Source: Eledone cirrhosa (lineage: Eukaryota). Taken from it: a stretch of DNA of 64,000 bases. Below, piece after piece: positions 51,177 to 64,000 of this stretch. The translations under genes and the position numbers were made by a program. How positions within the stretch are numbered: position 1 is the first letter of the stretch; the number at the start of each line of letters is the position of its first letter. The stretch is from contig OZ024756.1 in NCBI GenBank assembly GCA_964016885.1, positions 15,252,001-15,316,000 on the forward strand, written 5' to 3'. A model generated the notes under the pieces. The model saw nothing but the letters and a program-made list of their open reading frames with translations. It searched no databases and was not told where the DNA came from.

Positions 51177-53950
51177 TTATTATTATTATTATTATTATTT
51201 CATTTATCTTGCTTTATGTTCATACGAGTTATCAGCAAGTCACAACCAGTGACCTCAAGAGACAAAAAGGTCCATGTTCAAGAAAGAACATATACACACA
51301 TACATGTATCTTTAGGTGTTTAGACTTGTGATGTATTTATATTGACAGAATCTTCCTTAGTATATGGGCAGTTCCCATTAGTACTATCTTTTGTATTTCT
51401 TCTACATGCAGGTTTCCTGGGATTTGGGATAAGTAATCATTAGACCCCTTAGGTATCATTCCTAGAGCACCTTCAACCACTGGTATTGTTTTAGTTCTCA
51501 ACTTCCACATTTTTCCAATCTCTATCTCCAGGTCTTTATACTTGCTCAATTTTTCAAATGCTTTTATAGATACATTCTTGTCTATTGGAACGGACATATC
51601 AATTAGTAGTATTATATCAGGTCTATTTGCATCTATTTTTCGGTCTGTTTGGATGCTAAAGTTCCACAGGATTGAGATGTGAGCTTTTTCAAGTACAGGA
51701 GGTGGTTGATGCCCCCACCAATTCTTTTGATGGGGCAGGTCAAAATGCTTACACATTACTCAATGTATGAATTGTGCAGCTCTGTCATGCCTGCTTAGGT
51801 ATTTGGTTGGAGCTATAGGACTGCCCATTGAAATTATATGATCAATGGCCTGGTTGTTTTTTTTTACATACATGGCATAATGGGTTGCATCCATTTTTTA
51901 TTATGTTGGCTTGATAATTTTTTGTAGGCAGACACTGATCTTGTGCTGATATAATCAGTCCTTCAGTCTCTGATTTCAGTCCAGAGGATGTCAACCACTG
52001 ATGGGTTAAAGTTTTGTCAACATCAGGATTGCTAGCTTTCTGGGTATTTTCCATACAGAGGCTTTCCTTGCCATTTCTTAGCCACTTTCTGTAGCAGTTC
52101 TTTTTTTGTAGTGACTTCATGTTTCAAAACGAATTTGATCATCCAATCATGTGCATCCCTTAGATATGTAGATAATCCAATTGTTGCAGTTTTCAAAGAA
52201 ATATCTAACTAGATTAATCCACATCCCCCTCCTTTCCTAGGGAGATGTATTCTATCTGTATCTGCTTTAGAGTGATGCATTCTGTGCATGGTTAAGAATT
52301 TTCTAATTTTTGTATCGAGCCTTCGGATCTCTGTGCTTGACCAGTTGATGACATTGAAACTAAGTTACTACTGGTATGGCAAGTGTGTTTATGGCATCGA
52401 TCCTATTCCTTGCATTCAACTCTGTTCTTAAGATTGCTCTTACTCTTTAAGATTGCTCTTCCTTATCCTTTCCCTCATTGTTGAGTACTTGATTCCGTCT
52501 CCTTCACAAACACCTAGATATTTGTAGGTTTCTTCTTGATCAAGTTCTCTTATCACATTCCCCCGATCAAGATTAATGTCTGAACTTCTCAGCAGCTTTC
52601 CTCTGGTGAACATGACCGACACATTTATCTAGTCCAAACTCCATTTTAATATCATCACTCAACTGCTTCATGGTGGATAATAGCCTTTGCAATTGCTCAT
52701 CCTTTTTTGCAAATAGTTTCAGGTCATCCATGTAGAACAAGTGATTAATGGTTTTGTCAGACTTTATATCCATGTTTTGTTTCATTGAGCATTTTACTTA
52801 ATGGTATAAGTGCGATGCAGAATAAAAGCGGTGATAATGAGTCACCTTGAAAAATTCCACAATTAATATTAACTTCTCCAGCTTCCAGTGATTTCAAAAG
52901 GAGTGTTGTCTTCATACTGAATGACAGGAACCTCCTGACAACGGGAGATATTTTGAAAATCTCTAAACATTTTTCAATCCAACTGTGTGGCAAACTATCA
53001 AATGCTTTATTGTAATCTATCCAAGCAATTGATAGATTTTTGTGTCTATTATGACAGACAATCTTCCAGTATCATTTTGTTAATCAAAAGCTGATCCTTA
53101 CAGCCATCTGAGCCTCATTTACACCCTTTCTGCTCATTGGGAAATAGATCATTTGTTATCAGGTGATCATATGTATATTCAGTTAGGATTGATGTTAAAA
53201 TTTTATACATTGTGGTCAAGCATGTTATCGGTCTGTAATTTTTTAAATTATTTGTCTCATCATTCTTCAGAAGCCATGATGGTTTCTTTTCTGGCTCCTT
53301 AACCATTTCATTGTAAAGTTGGGCTAAAAATTCATGAGACTGAAGGCATTTATCCAAAAATTTGGTATTTTGTCTTTCCCTGGGGATTTCCATTTGCTGG
53401 ATTTTCTAAAAGCTAAATGCAGATGTTCAACTGTTATATTTTCCCATGTTTGTTCCTCAAGGTGAGCTGTATTTTTCATTCATCTGCCTATCCATGGGGC
53501 ATGTATATTATGAACTTTTTCTTCGGACCCAGATCTTTTTCCAGAATTCTTGCACTTCCTTGCCAATTTTTCTGTAGAAGTTTTTTTGGTTGTTTTTGAA
53601 CATATTATTGTCATAGAATCTAGGGCGTTTTTCAAAGCGCCTTATATGAGCAGCTTTGGCCAACACTGTGCTTGATTGTTTCTATCATCATTTCTATGTC
53701 GTTTGTTGATTTTATATTGTATTTTCTTTTCAATTTTCTGAGTTTAGTTCGTTTAACATGTTTAACTACTTTGTAGTTTGCTAAAATTTTTATGTCAGAT
53801 CGGAGAGGGTTTATTTGGCGATTGATGTTCTATTGCCAAGTAGGTTTTTTTGTGGGAATTCCTTTGTTTTTTTTTTTTCATTTTCACTCCACATTAAGTG
53901 AGTGGTGACTTTTTTTTAACATGGTACCAAAATCATCATCTTACAGGTTG
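51177..53950 (-). mobile_element. Decayed R4/Dong-clade non-LTR retrotransposon (RT, zinc knuckle, restriction-like endonuclease)
   Basis: NYRPITCL, NEQKGCK, GIFQGDSLSPLLFC, HLFYMDDLKLF, YKYLGV, SETEGLIISAQDQ, LWNFSIQTDRKIDANRPDII, LIDMSVP, KLSKYKDLEIE, PVVEGALG; 3' end abuts (TAA)n. Confidence 0.9.
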
Positions 53951-54009
53951 AACTGGGCACATTTTCTAGTGTCACCAACACGACCACCTTACAGCGCGCG
54001 CGTGTGTGT

Positions 54010-54828
54010 GTCAGTCAGTCATACTGCCAGTCAGTCAGTCATACTGTCAGTCAGTCATACTCTCAGTCTGTCTGCCAGTCATACTTTCAGTCTGTCTGCC
54101 AGTCATACTGTCAGTCTGTCTGTCAGTCATACTGTCAGTCTGTGTCAGTCATACTGTCAGTCTGTGTCAGTCATACTGTCAGTCTGACTGTCAGTCATAC
54201 TGTCAGTCTGACTGTCAGTCAATCTGTCAGTCTGCCAGTCATACTCTCAGCCTGTTTGCCAGTCATACTGTCAGCCTGTCTGCCAGTCATACTCTCAGCC
54301 TGTCTGCCAGTCATACTCTCAGCCTGTCTGCCAGTCATACTGTCAGCCTGTCTGCCAGTCATACTCTCAGCCTGTCTGCCAGTCATACTGTCAGCCTGTC
54401 TGCCAGTCATACTCTCAGCCTGTCTGCCAGTCATACTCTCAGCCTGTCTGCCAGTCATACTCTCAGCCTGTCTGCCAGTCATACTGTCAGCCTGTCTGCC
54501 AGTCATACTGTCAGCCTGTCTGCCAGTCATACTCTGTCTGTCAGTCATACTCTGTCTGTCAGTCATACTCTGTCTGTCAGTCATACTCTCAGTCTGTCTG
54601 TCATACTCTCAGTCTGTCTGTCATACTCTCAGTCTGTCTGTCATACTCTCAGTCTGTCTGTCATACTCTCAGTCTGTCTGTCATACTCTCAGTCTGTCTG
54701 TCATACTCTCAGTCTGTCTGTCATACTCTCAGTCTGTCTGTCATACTCTCAGTCTGTCTGTCATACTCTCAGTCTGTCTGTCATACTCTCAGTCTGTCTG
54801 TCATACTCTCAGTCAGTCTGTCTGTCAG
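54010..54828. repeat. 20-24-bp minisatellite
   Basis: cagtcatactctcagcctgtctgc / tcatactctcagtctgtctg. Confidence 0.96.
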
Positions 54829-55273
54829 TGTGTTGATCTGATCTCAGGATCAATCAGTGTTGCAGATGTTGGATCAAGAGACTAGTTTACTCATTAAGTT
54901 AACAAGTGTCAGAACATTCCATACAGATGTATACCATTACCATAATTCTCAGGGAGATTCAGCACAAGACAGTGCATGACAAGGCTGATGCTTTGAATTA
55001 CAGATGTAACTCATTTTTGCAGGTGAGTGTATTGCTCAAGAACAACAACACGTTACCAGGAATCAAAACCTTGACATTATTATTGTAAACTAAACTACGA
55101 AACAATGTGTTTACACACACACACAGAATCACACATGCATACAACCACACACACGTAGTCACATACACAGTCATGCACACATAATCGTCATGCAAACACA
55201 CACTGAATGTCAAATGGAGATTAAGAATTCAGAGTCAGATAGCTGACTAAGAAACTAACTTTGAAGTGTAGTT

Positions 55274-55274
55274 T

Positions 55275-55328
<54 letters not shown>

Positions 55329-55351
55329 TGGTAGTAGTAGTAGTGGTAGTG

Positions 55352-55383
<32 letters not shown>

Positions 55384-55423
55384 AGTAGTAGTAGTAGTAG
55401 TGGTAGTAGTAGTAGTAGTAGTG

Positions 55424-55475
<52 letters not shown>

Positions 55476-55520
55476 CAGTAGTAGTGGTAGTAGTGGTGGT
55501 AGTAGTGGTGATAGTGGCAT
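55274..55520. repeat. (TAG)n microsatellite
   Basis: tagtagtag run. Confidence 0.97.
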
Positions 55521-55804
55521 TAGTAGTCACAGTAGCAGTGGCAGTGAAGGGGGAGGCAGTGGTGTTTGGGGGCAGTAGAAGTAGTAGGGGTGTTGCTAAT
55601 TAGTGTTGTTGTTGGAAGTGGTGGTGGCGGTGCTCCTGTTGCTGGTTGGTGGTGGTAAGGGGTGGCTTTATTGCTATCTGTTGTTTAGCCCTGGGTCAGT
55701 CCTGATCAATGAGAACTAAGATGTAAGACTGTAAGACACACCTGTAAAGACCATATCTGCTGACCTGTATTCCAGGTATATACAAGCACATATAGAAATA
55801 TATA

Positions 55805-55980
55805 GGCACCAGTTTGGCAGAGTCGCTAAGACGTTGGTTAGAATGCTTTACGGCGTTCATCCCACCCCATTGTGCACTCTGAGTCCAAATCCCGCCGTGG
55901 TCAACTTTGCCTTTTATCCGTTCAAGGTCGATAACAAATGTACCAGTCCAGTACTGGGGTCGATTCTTCCTCTATAGAAA
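55805..55980 (+). mobile_element. Older SINE family 1 copy
   Basis: gagtccaaatcccgccgtggtcaactttgcctttt; tail shared with 13465-13600. Confidence 0.75.
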
Positions 55981-56664
55981 AAGAATTGGCAGTGTTCAAA
56001 CCTCAGTAGGACATGACCAACCCATCTGAGTTAAGATTGCATCAAAAAAATGACTCAATCCCACTGGTGTATATATAATAAGCAGTGTATATGAAAGTAT
56101 ATATGATATGTTTGTATTTTATTTTAATGATTGACAAGATCCCAGACCTCATTCGCTTACCAAGTGGTCAAATCTGACCAAGGAAACAATGCTTCCATTG
56201 GTTTTTCCAATTACTGATACTACCAGTCGCAACTCCTGGCAGAAAGATCAATGTGAAATAAAATGTCTTGCTCAAGAACATAATGTATCACTGGGTCCAG
56301 GAATCAAACTCATAACCCCACGATTGTATCCATGTGAGAACACCAGATACTAGTGTTTCAGGACACTTATCCATCATCAGTGATGTTTACTCACTCAGTA
56401 CTGAGACAATTATAAGCTATAGCTTGTATAGTTTTTGCATATAAAACATCAACAAGGAATGTTCATTTGCATAATGTATGGGCTAGTTTATTATACATAA
56501 ACATTGTATTATGAATGATGCTGTCATTTCTACTGCTAACAAATTATATCAAATGCTGGAATTTCTTTCAACAGGTTGATGCGTATGTGTATGTGTGTGT
56601 GTATGTGTGTGTATGTAGATTGTACACAACTGTAGTGAATGTTAGACACTTTTCTGTAGTTTGT

Positions 56665-59600
56665 TATCACCCCTTCCTTCCTCAGTCATTTCTAGTGCAT
56701 GTCGTCATCACCCCTTCCTTCCTCAGTCATTTCTAGTGCATGTTGCCATCACACCTTCCTTCCTCACTCATTTCTAGTGCATGTCGCCATCACCCCCTTC
56801 CTTCCTCAGTCATTTCTAGTGCATGTTGCCATCACACCTTCCTTCCTCACTCATTTCTAGTGCATGTCGCCATCACCCCCTTCCTTCCTCACTCATTTCT
56901 AGTGCATGTCGCCATCACCCCCTTCCTTCCTCAGTCATTTCTAGTGCATGTTGCCATCACACCTTCCTTCCTCACTCATTTCTAGTGCATGTCGTCATCA
57001 CCCCCTTCCTTCCTCAGTCATTTCTAGTGCATGTCGCCATCACCCCTTCCTTCCTCAGTCATTTCTAGTGCATGTTGCCATCACCCCTTCCTTCCTCACT
57101 CATTTCTAGTGCATGTCGCCATCACCCCCTTCCTTCCTCAGTCATTTCTAGTGCATGTTGCCATCACCCCTTCCTTCCTCAAGTCATTTCTAGTGCATGT
57201 CACCATCACCCCTTCCTTCCTCAGTCATTTCTAGTGCATGCCGTCATCACCCCTTCCTTCCTCACTCATTTCTAGTGCATGTTGCCATCACCCCTTCCTT
57301 CCTCACTCATTTCTAGTGCATGTCGTCATCACCCCTTCCTTCCTCAGTCATTTCTAGTGCATGTCGTCATCACCCCTTCCTTCCTCAGTCATTTCTAGTG
57401 CATGTCGTCATCACCCCTTCCTTCCTCACTCATTTCTAGTGCATGTCGTCATCACCCCCTTCCTTCCTCAGTCATTTCTAGTGCATGTCGTCATCACCCC
57501 CTTCCTTCCTCAGTCATTTCTAGTGCATGTCGTCATCACCCCTTCCTTCCTCAGTCATTTCTAGTGCATGTCGTCATCACCCCTTCCTTCCTCAGTCATT
57601 TCTAGTGCATGTCGTCATCACCCCTTCCTTTCTCAGTCATTTCTAGTGCATGTCGTCATCACCCCTTCCTTCCTCAAGTCATTTCTAGTGCATGTCACCA
57701 TCACCCCTTCCTTCCTCAGTCATTTCTAGTGCATGTCGTCATCACCCCTTCCTTTCTCAGTCATTTCTAGTGCATGTCGTCATCACCCCCTTCCTTCCTC
57801 AGTCATTTCTAGTGCATGTCACCATCACCCCTTCCTTCCTCAGTCATTTCTAGTGCATGTCGCCATCACCCCCTTCCTTCCTCAGTCATTTCTAGTGCAT
57901 GTTGCCATCACCCCTTCCTTCCTCAAGTCATTTCTAGTGCATGTCACCATCACCCCTTCCTTCCTCAGTCATTTCTAGTGCATGTCGTCATCACCCCTTC
58001 CTTTCTCAGTCATTTCTAGTGCATGTCGTCATCACCCCCTTCCTTCCTCAGTCATTTCTAGTGCATGTCACCATCACCCCTTCCTTCCTCAGTCATTTCT
58101 AGTGCATGTCGTCATCACCCCCTTCCTTCCTCAGTCATTTCTAATGCATGTCGCCATCACCCCTTCCTTCCTCAGTCATTTCTAGTGCATGTCGTCATCA
58201 CCCCCTTCCTTCCTCAGTCATTTCTAGTGCATGTCGTCATCACCCCTTCCTTCCTCAGTCATTTCTAGTGCATGTCGCCATCACCCCCTTCCTTCCTCAG
58301 TCATTTCTAGTGCATGTTGCCATCACCCCCTTCCTTCCTCAGTCATTTCTAGTGCATGTCGTCATCACCCCTTCCTTCCTCAGTCATTTCTAGTGCATGT
58401 CGCCATCACCCCTTCCTTCCTCAAGTCATTTCTAGTGCATGTCACCATCACCCCTTCCTTCCTCAGTCATTTGTAGTGCATGTCGTCATCACCCCTTCCT
58501 TTCTCAGTCATTTCTAGTGCATGTCGTCATCACCCCCTTCCTTCCTCAGTCATTTCTAATGCATGTCGCCATCACCCCTTCCTTCCTCAGTCATTTCTAG
58601 TGCATGTCGTCATCACCCCCTTCCTTCCTCAGTCATTTCTAATGCATGTCGCCATCACCCCCTTCCTTCCTCAAGTCATTTCTAGTGCATGTTGCCATCA
58701 CCCCTTCCTTCCTCAAGTCATTTCTAGTGCATGTCGTCATCACCCCCTTCCTTCCTCAGTCATTTCTAGTGCATGTCGCCATCACCCCTTCCTTCCTCAG
58801 TCATTTCTAGTGCATGTCGTCATCACCCCTTCCTTCCTCACTCATTTCTAGTGCATGTCGTCATCACCCCCTTCCTTCCTCAGTCATTTCTAGTCCATGT
58901 CGTCATCACCCCCTTCCTTCCTCAGTCATTTCTAGTCCATGTCGTCATCACCCCCTTCCTTCCTCAGTCATTTCTAGTGCATGTCGTCATCACCCCTTCC
59001 TTCCTCAGTCATTTCTAGTGCATGTCGTCATCACCCCTTCCTTCCTCAGTCATTTCTAGTGCATGTCGTCATCACCCCTTCCTTTCTCAGTCATTTCTAG
59101 TGCATGTCGTCATCACCCCTTCCTTCCTCAAGTCATTTCTAGTGCATGTCACCATCACCCCTTCCTTCCTCAGTCATTTCTAGTGCATGTCGTCATCACC
59201 CCTTCCTTTCTCAGTCATTTCTAGTGCATGTCGTCATCACCCCCTTCCTTCCTCAGTCATTTCTAGTGCATGTCACCATCACCCCTTCCTTCCTCAGTCA
59301 TTTCTAGTGCATGTCGCCATCACCCCCTTCCTTCCTCAGTCATTTCTAGTGCATGTTGCCATCACCCCTTCCTTCCTCAAGTCATTTCTAGTGCATGTCA
59401 CCATCACCCCTTCCTTCCTCAGTCATTTCTAGTGCATGTCGTCATCACCCCTTCCTTTCTCAGTCATTTCTAGTGCATGTCGTCATCACCCCCTTCCTTC
59501 CTCAGTCATTTCTAGTGCATGTCACCATCACCCCTTCCTTCCTCAGTCATTTCTAGTGCATGTCGTCATCACCCCCTTCCTTCCTCAGTCATTTCTAATG

Positions 59601-60920
59601 CATGTCGCCATCACCCCTTCCTTCCTCAGTCATTTCTAGTGCATGTTATCATCACCCCCTTCCTTCCTCAGTCATTTCTAGTGCATGTCGTCATCACCCC
59701 TTCCTTCCTCAGTCATTTCTAGTGCATGTCGCCATCACCCCCTTCCTTCCTCAGTCATTTCTAGTGCATGTTGCCATCACCCCTTCCTTCCTCAAGTCAT
59801 TTCTAGTGCATGTCACCATCACCCCTTCCTTCCTCAGTCATTTGTAGTGCATGTCGTCATCACCCCTTCCTTTCTCAGTCATTTCTAGTGCATGTCGTCA
59901 TCACCCCCTTCCTTCCTCAGTCATTTCTAATGCATGTCGCCATCACCCCTTCCTTCCTCAGTCATTTCTAGTGCATGTCGTCATCACCCCCTTCCTTCCT
60001 CAGTCATTTCTAATGCATGTCGCCATCACCCCCTTCCTTCCTCAAGTCATTTCTAGTGCATGTTGCCATCACCCCTTCCTTCCTCAAGTCATTTCTAGTG
60101 CATGTCGTCATCACCCCCTTCCTTCCTCAGTCATTTCTAGTGCATGTCGCCATCACCCCTTCCTTCCTCAGTCATTTCTAGTGCATGTCGTCATCACCCC
60201 TTCCTTCCTCAGTCATTTCTAGTGCATGTCGTCATCACCCCCTTCCTTCCTCAGTCATTTCTAGTGCATGTCGCCATCACCCCTTCCTTCCTCAGTCATT
60301 TCTAGTGCATGTCGCCATCACCCCCTTCCTTCCTCAGTCATTTCTAGTGCATGTCGTCATCACCCCTTCCTTCCTCAGTCATTTCTAGTGCATGTCGTCA
60401 TCACCCCTTCCTTCCTCAAGTCATTTCTAGTGCATGTCGTCATCACCCCTTCCTTCCTCAAGTCATTTCTAGTGCATGTCGTCATCACCCCTTCCTTCCT
60501 CAGTCATTTCTAGTGCATGTCGCCATCACCCCCTTCCTTCCTCAGTCATTTCTAGTGCATGTCGTCATCACCCCCTTCCTTCCTCAGTCATTTCTAGTGC
60601 ATGTCGTCATCACCCCTTCCTTCCTCAGTCATTTCTAGTGCATGTCGTCATCACCCCCTTCCTTCCTCAGTCATTTCTAGTGCATGTCGCCATCACCCCC
60701 TTCCTTCCTCAGTCATTTCTAGTGCATGTCGTCATCACCCCTTCCTTCCTCAGTCATTTCTAGTGCATGTCGTCATCACCCCCTTCTTTCCTCAGTCATT
60801 TCTAGTGCATGTCGTCATCACCCCTTCCTTTCTCAGTCATTTCTAGTGCATGTCGTCATCACCCTTTCCTTTCTCAGTCATTTCTAGTGCATGTCGTCAT
60901 CGCCCTTTCCTTTCTCAGTC
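56665..60920. repeat. 41-42-bp minisatellite (~100 units)
   Basis: atttctagtgcatgtcgtcatcaccccttccttcctcagtc. Confidence 0.98.
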
Positions 60921-61474
60921 TGTACTGAGAAGGACCTGTCCAAGCCATGCAAGCATGGAACAACGAGCATAAAATGATAATACAATAATTTCCTGTCTAA
61001 ACATCTTTGATATGTAGCAGTGTTGTAAAATATCCAACAGTATGGAGAAGGCGTTTCCCCGGAGGACGGCAAGGGAGACGCGCTAGAAAAGCCACTCCAA
61101 CTCGCAGGGTTCACACCTGCAGCTGGCCAGCTCAGCACTTATGGTGGTGAGTAGGGAGGTAGCCCTATGGCTGAGGACACCAGAAGTCTCCACTGCCAGG
61201 GGTACAACCGCAAACCTGTCGGAGAGCGACTGGTATTTGAGGAGTTTGGCTTCCTCAGCCCGACTTGCAGTAGACCCTGGGTTATGAATTGGTGTGGGTG
61301 TGAGTGGACTGTGTTGTAGAAAATGCAGGTTTAGTAATATTCTATGGTGTAGTCATATTGTGAGAGTAAGAACCTGTATTTTATTAGGGGGAAATCATCA
61401 TCATCGTCGTCGCCGCCACTTTCCTAGCGATTTCAAGACCGATATTCCCTCTATGGGTGTTTGCATTATATAAA

Positions 61475-62217
61475 CTAGCAGAAAAACCACCCTTCAGGTG
61501 GTTTTCTGCTAGCATGAGTAGTGTGTATATTGATATTATACGCAGGTATATATACATGTAGATATGATACATCAAATAAAATCGTAATTGACAATATATA
61601 ATACATAGAAATTGAACAAAGACTGTGTTACACTGTCTTATGTAATCAGTAACGTAATCCATGATACATTAAAAAAAGACGATATTATATATAAACTGCA
61701 TTAGGAGAAAATTAGTATGTTTATTTAAGCGATGGCCAACCGGAAATGACATTTCAGAAATTTTAAAGAAGTGAATCTAAATAAACAAAATATATTTCAT
61801 CAACAGCCACGAAATTTAGTAGATAAATTATGTAATATTCATTAATTATTTATCTTTGCCTTTCATCCTTACGGGGTCGATAAAAGTAGAAACAATTATT
61901 TATTCAAAAGTAGAAACAATTATTTATTCAAAGGGCGGTGGATTGGCAGTATCGGGAGAGGGTCGGACGCCATGCTTTGACGCATAGAGTTACGGTCCTT
62001 GTCATTCTGAGTTCAAATCCCGCTGAGGTTAACTTTGCCTTTCATCCTTACGTGGTCGATAAAATAAAGTACCAGTAATGTACTGGAATAATTGCTGGCC
62101 TTGTGCCAAAAGTAGAAACCATTATTTATTCAAAGTAATGCAACTTATTTTACTAATGTGATAACAAAATTGTAAACCGTACGCAGTCCCGCGCTCTTTA
62201 CTTTATTATAGTTTAGA
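61475..62217 (-). mobile_element. Non-autonomous Helitron, second copy, with a nested SINE
   Basis: Homologous to 44132-44617; hairpin ctagcagaaaaaccacc...ggtggttttctgctag; TC and CTAG ends. Confidence 0.8.
61933..62120 (+). mobile_element. SINE family 1 with 14-bp TSD
   Basis: TSD attatttattcaaa; the empty site is visible in the other Helitron copy. Confidence 0.92.
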
Positions 62218-62748
62218 TATTGTGTGTATCTGGTTTAGAATAGAAACAAAGTATCCCTGCGTGTATAAGAGGACGCCTAAAAGGGTTAATGCCAGGAAGG
62301 GCTTCTGGCTGTAAAACATCGCCTAAAAATGGTCACCCAGGACAAGTATGAAGTTGGTCATGAAACCTAGCAAGGCTAACACATTCTTTAACTGGGAATG
62401 TGGCCTTGAAAAATACTTTGTTAGTGTCATCCGAGAAGTGAAACTGTTGTGATCTAGGTGTGCCAGATACATACACACCTCTCCACACACAACGATAGCT
62501 ATCTTTGTGTTTTTAGCCCAGAGCCAGTTGCGATCGATAAAAAACGTTCCAGACATGACCAACTCGTCTTTTTGTACATCTGGGACTATGTTGTCTCCTT
62601 GTGTCCATCTCCGTGTGGGATTTTGGGGAGATTTGGATCCTATTTCTAGAACTAGATGCTCACTGTAGCTGAAATGTAGATGCTACAAAAGTAGGAATTT
62701 CGAATATACAATGGGGAAAAAGATTCACCCTTCCCTAAAATAATCCTG

Positions 62749-62789
<41 letters not shown>

Positions 62790-63157
62790 CATACATACAT
62801 ACATACACATTGGTGTATATATATATATCATCCCTATATATATATATATAGCAATCCACGACACCATTGACAACGCAATCATAGACCTTTAACTAAATTA
62901 CGTTCTAATTAACTAAACATATAGACAGCCATAAGATAGCACACATATACATTATACGAAAGCACATGAAATGTGTTGAGAGAGGTGGATTAAATGAAAA
63001 CATTTCTGCAGAGGCAGGCATGTACGCAGTCACATTACAATCTTAAGTTCCGTATTTTTGTTGTTAGTGTTTTAGAAGATGAAAACGAAACAAACAAAAA
63101 AAAATGTATCCCTAACTAGTCTTAGCTGAATTTTCTACTAAACATGACACACGTGAT

Positions 63158-63215
<58 letters not shown>

Positions 63216-63590
63216 GAAAAGATTCAGCAGTCCTGAACCTTTTCATATTACCAAAACTCTATTACCCCAAGTATCGAGTACACTGGTCGGTTATTGCCCT
63301 CCTGGATGTTTTACCACACCCTATCTGATATAGTAGAGTTGGTAATATGAAAAGATTCAGAACTCCTGAATCTTTTCATGCGTGTGTATATATATATAGG
63401 AAAAGGTATGACCCGACGGCAGAACTCAAGCCGTTTCGACGGCTATTTCTGGACTAGCCGTCGAAACGGCTTGAGCTCTGCCGTCGGGGTCATACCTTTT
63501 CCTATTACCCACTCTACTACCCTAAGTATTGAGTACTCTGGTGGGTTATGGTCCATCTGGTTCCTTACCACAATTCCTTCGTTATATAGA
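63216..63590. repeat. Two adjacent hairpin-headed elements sharing a core motif
   Basis: Inverted repeats at 63216-63378 and 63398-63503; shared core ctctaYtacccYaagtatYgagtacWctggtSggttat. Confidence 0.65.
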
Positions 63591-64000
63591 TATATATATA
63601 TATATATATATAGCTTCCACACAATTCACCTTGAAGATTCATAAGCCGTACTTATAAATATATATTGTATTTCTTATAGATATATATAAAGGTATTTCTC
63701 CCGCCCCCGTTGTTTTATAATAATAATGAAATTATTGTGTAAAGTGCTCAGGTACACTACATAACAGTGTAAGATATAAACAAATATATTCCATATTCTT
63801 ATTGTCTGTTTCCCTTCCGTCTCACTATGACTTGTGCAGTCCAAATCTGATTCAGTGATCTAAGTTTACATTTTGCGTCAGATACTGCATGCGGTGTTTA
63901 CAAGGTGAAGGATGCCTTTAAAACCCCCATTACATTACAAATGCTTCTCAGACTCAGAGAATATCAAACATTGGGTCATGCATGGCACCTGCCGCAAAGG

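Noticed and set aside
56162-56200. Candidate MROH1 ATG exon ending at GTAAGC
   Set aside because: Wrong phase (2, needs 1), and the sequence resembles a repeat also present at 48640-48990.
56740-60846. Dozens of 67-123-aa ORFs resembling a gene family
   Set aside because: They are frame-shifting translations of the 41-42-bp minisatellite.
62664-62745. Possible 5' UTR exon (TTGCAG...GTGAG on the minus strand)
   Set aside because: There is no ATG, homology or other support, and such motifs arise by chance.

Overview
Animal genomic DNA, very probably an octopod cephalopod (inferred from the SINE/RTE repertoire, AT-richness and microsatellite load). One intron-rich minus-strand gene, an MROH1 (HEATR7A, Maestro HEAT-repeat) orthologue, spans most of the window. 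I traced 22 consecutive in-frame coding exons from 49207 down to 110 (2518 nt, about 839 codons). The ATG exon was not found and the 3' half of the gene runs off the left edge. Two introns appear non-canonical: a GC-AG donor at 10468 and a U12-type donor (GTATCCTCT) at 109. Everything else recognisable is repetitive: a decayed Penelope-like element, RTE, R4/Dong and CR1 LINE remnants, two tRNA-derived SINE families, two Helitron copies, piggyBac-like and Tc2-like MITEs, and more than 12 minisatellites. The most interesting signals are a cluster of minimal type I hammerhead ribozyme motifs (one in a retrozyme-like unit with terminal redundancy), minisatellites repeatedly born inside piggyBac-like MITEs, and an array of stop-containing copies of an exon acceptor. 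The long repeat ORFs in the track are artefacts. All homology calls come from motif recognition and recall, not database searches. Repeat boundaries are approximate.
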